Source: an uncultured Oribacterium sp. (GTDB taxonomy: Bacteria > Bacillota > Clostridia > Lachnospirales > Lachnospiraceae). Taken from it: DNA of 64,000 nt. The stretch spans positions 7,913 to 71,912 of the forward strand of contig CAUUIW010000005.1 in assembly GCA_963545355.1 (NCBI GenBank). The letters are read 5' to 3'. Every line of letters starts with the position of its first letter. Within the stretch, counting starts at the first letter, position 1. This document shows, in pieces, positions 59,901 to 64,000 of the stretch. The notes under the pieces are model-generated. The model ran no database searches, was not told where the DNA came from, and saw only the letters and a list, made by a program, of their open reading frames with translations. Position numbers and translations under genes: made by a program.

Positions 59901-60255
59901 TGTTCTTCGTGCGGGAATTCATATCATTGCGGAGCCGCCCGGAAAGAAATTGCAGAACATGATGCAGCTCTCCGGCGGAGAAAAGGCGCTGACGGCAATT
60001 TCTCTGCTCTTTGCGATACAGAAGCTGAAGCCGTCCCCCTTCTGCCTTTTGGATGAGATTGAGGCAGCCCTCGATGATTCCAATGTTGTGAGATTCGCGG
60101 ATTATCTGCATCAGCTGCAATATACACAGTTTATCGTCATTACCCATCGAAGAGGTACGATGGAGAGAACCGACCGCCTCTTCGGAATCACCATGCAGGA
60201 GAAGGGAATCTCCGCACTGGTCTCTGTAGACCTGGTACAGGATCAGCTGGAATAG
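56974..60255 (+). CDS. smc: Chromosome segregation protein SMC (1093 aa)
   Basis: MYLKSIEIQGFKSF, GPNGSGKSN, hinge GRATFLPL and GGSISGG, LSGGE, LDEIEAALD. Confidence 0.97.
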   Translation: MYLKSIEIQGFKSFANKTVLDFSKGITGIVGPNGSGKSNISDAVRWVLGEQKVKQLRGSSMQDVIFSGTKLRRPQSFAYVAITLSNEDHSLNLGYPEVTIARRLYRSGESEYRINGTECRLRDINELFYDTGIGKEGYSIIGQGQIDKILSGKAEERRALFDEAVGIVKFKRRKAQAEQKLTEEHGNLTRVTDILHELELQVGPLEKQAEQAKGYLTLRDSLISEEASLYLREVSEIEGTLSEVTENQELVQKDLANLRRESMQLSGEYDRISGEIQTTEETIRNTESAIKKADLLRSNLSGQIDVLQEQIHAEENNRRHYEDRIQTLKETEFSTIASLEDDLSRLSYMKEKLLFILENGDAEVDKENVSLDLELIRNAKSEAEAVVRSCRGEDYALEIRPYQEEKPAAALPGGEISSQLDEKRNSLKVLEEKILRLHQGCEESSQNLQSLLRDREDQIRGMEQRRRERDQERSRFEALQNLAERYEGFGHAVKSVMDRKNSVHGIHGTVADLIPVPKKYETAMETALGSAVQNIVTEDERTAKQMIQYLKEHRLGRATFLPLDNIRGRRDERCVQASHLPGALGLASDLIEVPEMYQNLSEYLLGRVLVVDSMDHALEIQRQNRQSLRIVTLEGELLNPGGSISGGAYRNSSNLMSRKRELEELRVHIEKLEREVQERKAAVQESTEKSHEIQQELARQQAEISEQELKLNNEKLAIASQLNIEYSTLTTRTDFVTEDVHRLASQLSEAFEERINQERDSLASDGLLKEKQEKIVSLETLIRETGEDAERAAGSIRSLEQKKAELSEQQKSFFGKKDELSEKLLSMEKESMRVQNLRAQKEQRLEALSQYMLEEYQLSYSMTRERYSEKTEFSLSELRKSVQSLKAEIKALGPVNLDAIEQFKEIGERYRFLKQQYEDLVASEEKLQTIIHDLDHGMRKQFQENFARIQTEFNNVFRILFGGGQGRIELETGEQDVLRAGIHIIAEPPGKKLQNMMQLSGGEKALTAISLLFAIQKLKPSPFCLLDEIEAALDDSNVVRFADYLHQLQYTQFIVITHRRGTMERTDRLFGITMQEKGISALVSVDLVQDQLE

Positions 60256-60278
60256 TACCCTTATGAAAGGAGCCCCGA

Positions 60279-61154
60279 TTGGCAAACTTCTTTTCTAAAC
60301 TAGTAACTTCGATTTTTCAGTCCAATGAAAGCATCTCCGAGAGCTTTTACGAGGAGCTGGAGGATGCAATGGTCATGAGTGATGTCGGAATTCAGACCGC
60401 ATTGCAGATCATTGATGCCATTAAGTCGGAGGCAAAGGAGAAGAATCTCCGTTACACGAGAGAGGTGAGGCAGGTTCTGAAGGACTATCTCTATGAACTC
60501 ATGCGGACCGATGAATCCTACTATGAATTTGAAACACGGAAGAGTATCATCACGGTCATCGGCGTCAACGGCGTGGGGAAAACCACCTCGATCGGAAAGC
60601 TCGCAACGTATTTTAAGAAGCAGGGGAAAAGAGTGATTCTGGCGGCTGCGGATACCTTCCGCGCCGGTGCCATCGAGCAGCTCTGTGTGTGGGGAAAACG
60701 CAGCGGAGTGGATGTCATCCATCAAAGAGAAGGTGCCGATCCTGCAGCTGTTGTTTTTGACGCCCTGCAGTCCTTTAAGGCGAAGCACGCGGATATCCTG
60801 ATGATCGATACTGCCGGAAGATTACAGAACAAGAAAAATCTGATGGCAGAGCTGGAAAAGATCAATCGTATCATTGACAGGGAATTTGCAGAGGGCTACC
60901 GTGAGACTCTCGTCGTTCTCGATGCCAGCACCGGTCAGAATGCCCTCAGTCAGGCACAGATCTTCAAAGAGGCGTGTCAGGTTACCGGTATCATCCTGAC
61001 AAAGATGGACGGCACCGCCAAGGGCGGCATCGCTCTTGCCATCCAGTCCGGGATGGGAATTCCCGTCAAATATATCGGCACCGGGGAGGGTATCTCGGAT
61101 ATCAAACCCTTTGACGCGAAGGAATACGTGGATTCGATCTTTGAAAACGAATGA
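60279..61154 (+). CDS. ftsY: SRP receptor FtsY
   Basis: GVNGVGKTT, DTFRAGA, DTAGR and TKMDGTAKGG; TTG start with AAGGAG SD. Confidence 0.96.
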   Translation: MANFFSKLVTSIFQSNESISESFYEELEDAMVMSDVGIQTALQIIDAIKSEAKEKNLRYTREVRQVLKDYLYELMRTDESYYEFETRKSIITVIGVNGVGKTTSIGKLATYFKKQGKRVILAAADTFRAGAIEQLCVWGKRSGVDVIHQREGADPAAVVFDALQSFKAKHADILMIDTAGRLQNKKNLMAELEKINRIIDREFAEGYRETLVVLDASTGQNALSQAQIFKEACQVTGIILTKMDGTAKGGIALAIQSGMGIPVKYIGTGEGISDIKPFDAKEYVDSIFENE

Positions 61155-61191
61155 GGAAATATGCGGTTTCCGACGGGGGCAAGTATTTTGC

Positions 61192-61220
61192 TTGACATCC
61201 GATCCTGTTCCTGCTATTCT
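61192..61220 (+). promoter_or_regulatory. sigmaA promoter for ylxM-ffh
   Basis: TTGACA, 17 nt spacer, TATTCT with extended TGn. Confidence 0.7.
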
Positions 61221-61256
61221 TGCTGAGGCTTTTCGCTGACGGCTGAAAGGAGCGAT

Positions 61257-61571
61257 ATGGAAGACTTCGTTGAAAAAGGGAATCTCTATGAACTCTACGG
61301 CGGTCTTTTGAAGGAAAACCAGCGGCGTGTCTACGCCATGCATGTGATGGAGGATATGAGCTTTTCCGAGATCGGAGAGGAACTGTCCATGACACGGCAG
61401 GGAGCGCAGGAACTCTTTCGGAGAGCGGATCAGAAGCTCCGTAAGACAGAAGACACCCTGCATCTGGAACAGAAGCTGTTGCGGATCCGTTCCCTGTCGG
61501 AGGAGATTTTAAGGACCTCCAGGGAGGAGCGGATCAGAAAGCTGGCAGGAGAACTCATTCATGGCATTTGA
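61257..61571 (+). CDS. ylxM: YlxM family HTH protein (SRP-associated)
   Basis: YGGLL..Q and EDMSFSEIGEE..MTRQG; directly upstream of ffh. Confidence 0.9.
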   Translation: MEDFVEKGNLYELYGGLLKENQRRVYAMHVMEDMSFSEIGEELSMTRQGAQELFRRADQKLRKTEDTLHLEQKLLRIRSLSEEILRTSREERIRKLAGELIHGI

Positions 61572-62955
61572 AGCGTTATCCGACAGACTCACGAATATCT
61601 TTTCGAATCTGTCTCACAAGGGAAAACTGAATGAAGAGGACGTGAATCTTGCACTCCGCGAGGTTCGCATGGCGCTCCTTGAGGCGGATGTCAACTTCAG
61701 GCTGGTCAAGGACTTTATCGCAAGGGTCAGAAAGAAGGCTGTCGGGGAAGAGGTCTTTTCCTCTCTTTCCCCGGCGCAGACCGTGGTCAAAATCGTCAAT
61801 GAAGAGCTCACGGAGATGATGGGGTCGGAAACCACAGAAATCAAGCTCCGCCCGCAGAACGAGATCACGGTTATCATGCTGATCGGCCTTCAGGGTGCCG
61901 GTAAAACCACTACGGCAGCAAAGCTTGCCGGTAAGTTCAAGGCACAGCACAGAAAGCCGCTGCTGGTTGGCTGCGATGTCTACCGTCCGGCAGCAATCGA
62001 GCAGCTCCGGGTTAATGCGGAGAAGCAGGAGATCCCGTTTTTCTCTCTGGGAGATAAAGTGAGCCCGGTCGTCATTGCGGAAAAGGCAGTGGCAGAAGCA
62101 AAGGACAAGGGGCACAATCTCGTCATCCTCGATACCGCCGGCCGCCTGCAGATTGACACGGCGCTGATGGAGGAGCTGAAGAATATACGTTCCCGGGTCA
62201 ATGTCGACTGGTCGATTCTGACGGTGGATGCCATGACCGGTCAGGAAGCGGTCAATGTAGCGGAAAGCTTTGTGAAGGAAGTCGGCATTGACGGTGTCAT
62301 CCTCACGAAGTGTGACGGAGATACAAGAGGCGGAGCCGCACTCTCCATCAAAGCCATGACAGGGAAGCCGATTCTGTATCTCGGTATGGGAGAGAAGCTT
62401 TCCGAGCTTGAGCAGTTCTATCCGGATCGTATGGCAGGGCGTATTCTCGGCATGGGGGATGTGCTTTCCCTCATTGAGAAGGCACAGAATGAGCTGGATG
62501 AGGAAAAGGCAAGAGAGTCTGTCAAAAAGCTCTCGAAGGGACAGTTCAACTATGACGACTTTATGGATCAGATGAATCAGCTTCAGAAGCTCGGCGGTCT
62601 CGGGGGGATACTGAAAATGCTTCCCGGGATGAATAAGGCGATGGCGGGGCTCGATCTTGAGGAGTCGGAAAAGAAGATGCAGACCGTAAAAGTTATTATC
62701 CAGTCCATGACCCTCAGGGAGAGAGCGAATCCGAAGCTCATGAATCCTTCCCGTAAGGCGCGCATCGCCAGAGGCGCGGGCGTCGATATCGCGGAGGTCA
62801 ATCGTCTCGTGAAGCAGTTTGAGCAGATGCAGAAGATGATGAAGCAGATGGGCGGCTCCTTCAGCGGACGCCGGGGCGGTATGGGAGGTCTTTCCGGGCT
62901 TTCCGGTCTCGGCGGCACAAGGGGCTTCGGACGAAACGGCAGGATGCCCTTTTGA
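61561..62955 (+). CDS. ffh: Signal recognition particle protein Ffh
   Basis: ALLEADV, GLQGAGKTT, DVYRPAA, DTAGR, RILGMGD and Met-rich M domain. Confidence 0.98.
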   Translation: MAFEALSDRLTNIFSNLSHKGKLNEEDVNLALREVRMALLEADVNFRLVKDFIARVRKKAVGEEVFSSLSPAQTVVKIVNEELTEMMGSETTEIKLRPQNEITVIMLIGLQGAGKTTTAAKLAGKFKAQHRKPLLVGCDVYRPAAIEQLRVNAEKQEIPFFSLGDKVSPVVIAEKAVAEAKDKGHNLVILDTAGRLQIDTALMEELKNIRSRVNVDWSILTVDAMTGQEAVNVAESFVKEVGIDGVILTKCDGDTRGGAALSIKAMTGKPILYLGMGEKLSELEQFYPDRMAGRILGMGDVLSLIEKAQNELDEEKARESVKKLSKGQFNYDDFMDQMNQLQKLGGLGGILKMLPGMNKAMAGLDLEESEKKMQTVKVIIQSMTLRERANPKLMNPSRKARIARGAGVDIAEVNRLVKQFEQMQKMMKQMGGSFSGRRGGMGGLSGLSGLGGTRGFGRNGRMPF

Positions 62956-63080
62956 CGGCATTGCCCCGGAGAGCATCGGACACCGGGGATACATGAAATC
63001 CGTGCTCCCTTCCAAAGCGGACTTACGGTTTTCAGCCGACAGGCTAAAACATAGATTACTTTAAATCAAAGGAGATTATC

Positions 63081-63320
63081 ATGGCAGTAAAGATCAGATT
63101 GAGAAGAGTCGGACAGATTCACGCACCGTTCTACAGAGTGATCGTTGCGGATTCCAGAAGCCCGAGAAACGGCAGATTCATCGAGGAGATCGGTTACTAC
63201 GATCCGACCAAGGAGCCGTCTGTGGTAAAGATTGACGCAGAGGCAGCAAAGAGGTGGATCCAGAACGGCGCTCAGCCGACAGAGACCGTCGCAAAGCTCT
63301 TAAAGAAGGTTGGACTCTGA
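63081..63320 (+). CDS. rpsP: 30S ribosomal protein S16
   Basis: [27 protein letters not shown] and GAQPT. Confidence 0.98.
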   Translation: MAVKIRLRRVGQIHAPFYRVIVADSRSPRNGRFIEEIGYYDPTKEPSVVKIDAEAAKRWIQNGAQPTETVAKLLKKVGL

Positions 63321-63354
63321 TTTGTACTTTGTCTGACGAAGAATAGGAGTCAAC

Positions 63355-63582
63355 ATGAAGGAATTACTGGAAACGATTGCGAAAGCATTGGTTCAGTACC
63401 CGGAGGATGTCAGTGTCGTCGAAGAGGACAAAGAAGGGGTGATTCAGCTCAGGCTCTCTGTCAACGAACAGGACATGGGAAAGGTGATTGGGCGCTCTGG
63501 CCGTATCGCTAAGGCGATTCGTTCTGTCATGGGAGCCGCGGCTTCCAAGCAGAATATCAAGGTCATTGTAGATATTCAGTAA
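63355..63582 (+). CDS. khpA: KH-domain RNA-binding protein KhpA
   Basis: DMGKVIGRSGRIAKAIR; lies between rpsP and rimM. Confidence 0.93.
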   Translation: MKELLETIAKALVQYPEDVSVVEEDKEGVIQLRLSVNEQDMGKVIGRSGRIAKAIRSVMGAAASKQNIKVIVDIQ

Positions 63583-63606
63583 AAGAGGGGCAGGCTGCCC
63601 CTTTTT
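63581..63606 (+). terminator. Intrinsic (possibly bidirectional) terminator after khpA
   Basis: A-tract, AGGGGCA-GGC-TGCCCCT, then TTTT. Confidence 0.75.
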
Positions 63607-63692
63607 CTTGTATCCGAGGAAATACCGCTTCGGAGAGGAGACGGAATGATGACAGACAAGGGATTCGATGTAAGGGAAATCAGGAGAGTACT

Positions 63693-64000
63693 ATGCTGAC
63701 AGAATTGCGTGTCGGGGTCATTGTAAGCACTCACGGGCTGAAGGGGGAGCTGAAGGTCATGCCTACCACAGAGGCCCCGGAAAGATTTCTGGAACTTAAA
63801 AAACTGCGTCTTCGGATGCCGGAACAGGGCTTTCGAGGCAGAGACCGCGAAGAAAAAGAACTCACGATTGCATCCGTGCGCTTCCAGAAGAATATGGTGC
63901 TGCTCAAATTTGAGGGTCTGGACCGCATCGAGGATGTGGAAAAGCTAAGGCAGTGGAGCCTCTATATCGACCGCGCGAATGCCCTGCCTTTGAAGGAGGG
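63693..64000 (+). CDS. rimM: Ribosome maturation factor RimM (3' truncated by window)
   Basis: Own translation: MLTELRVGVIVSTHGLKGELKV...LLKFEG...LYIDR; SD AGGAG; follows rpsP-khpA. Confidence 0.93.
   Translation, partial: MLTELRVGVIVSTHGLKGELKVMPTTEAPERFLELKKLRLRMPEQGFRGRDREEKELTIASVRFQKNMVLLKFEGLDRIEDVEKLRQWSLYIDRANALPLKE

Overview
A 64 kb core-genome window from a Clostridia-class Firmicute, probably Lachnospiraceae (inferred from PolC, YlxM, KhpA, SepF, the long PBP2 and gene order). It holds about 58 genes, all on the + strand except one LysR regulator. Main blocks: mutL(3' end)-miaA-ynbB; radC-mreC-mreD-pbp2-rodA-mgsA-dac; an inserted LysR/SLC13/ttdAB tartrate module with a probable IS3-end scar; sepF-aroB-lspA-rluD; rpsB-tsf; truA and a yitT/permease/dus/fliB-like/MATE operon; oppBCDFA; pyrH-frr-uppS-cdsA-dxr-rseP-ispG-polC; tyrA; a membrane protein plus ABC-2 exporter; an EF-G paralog; plsX-acpP-rnc-smc-ftsY-ylxM-ffh-rpsP-khpA-rimM(5' end). 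I saw no tRNA, rRNA, CRISPR array, prophage or intact transposase. Best leads: (1) a cell-elongation operon with no mreB or minCDE that keeps an MgsA whose catalytic residues are substituted (candidate pseudoenzyme); (2) an Smc with short, asymmetric arms and a Pro-rich loop; (3) the tartrate insert with IS scar and a clean LysR box; (4) a motif-degenerate anion permease; (5) several structured intergenic RNAs, a 29 bp perfect palindrome and a small ORF before rimM. All homology calls come from motif recognition and recalled reference sequences; no database search was run.
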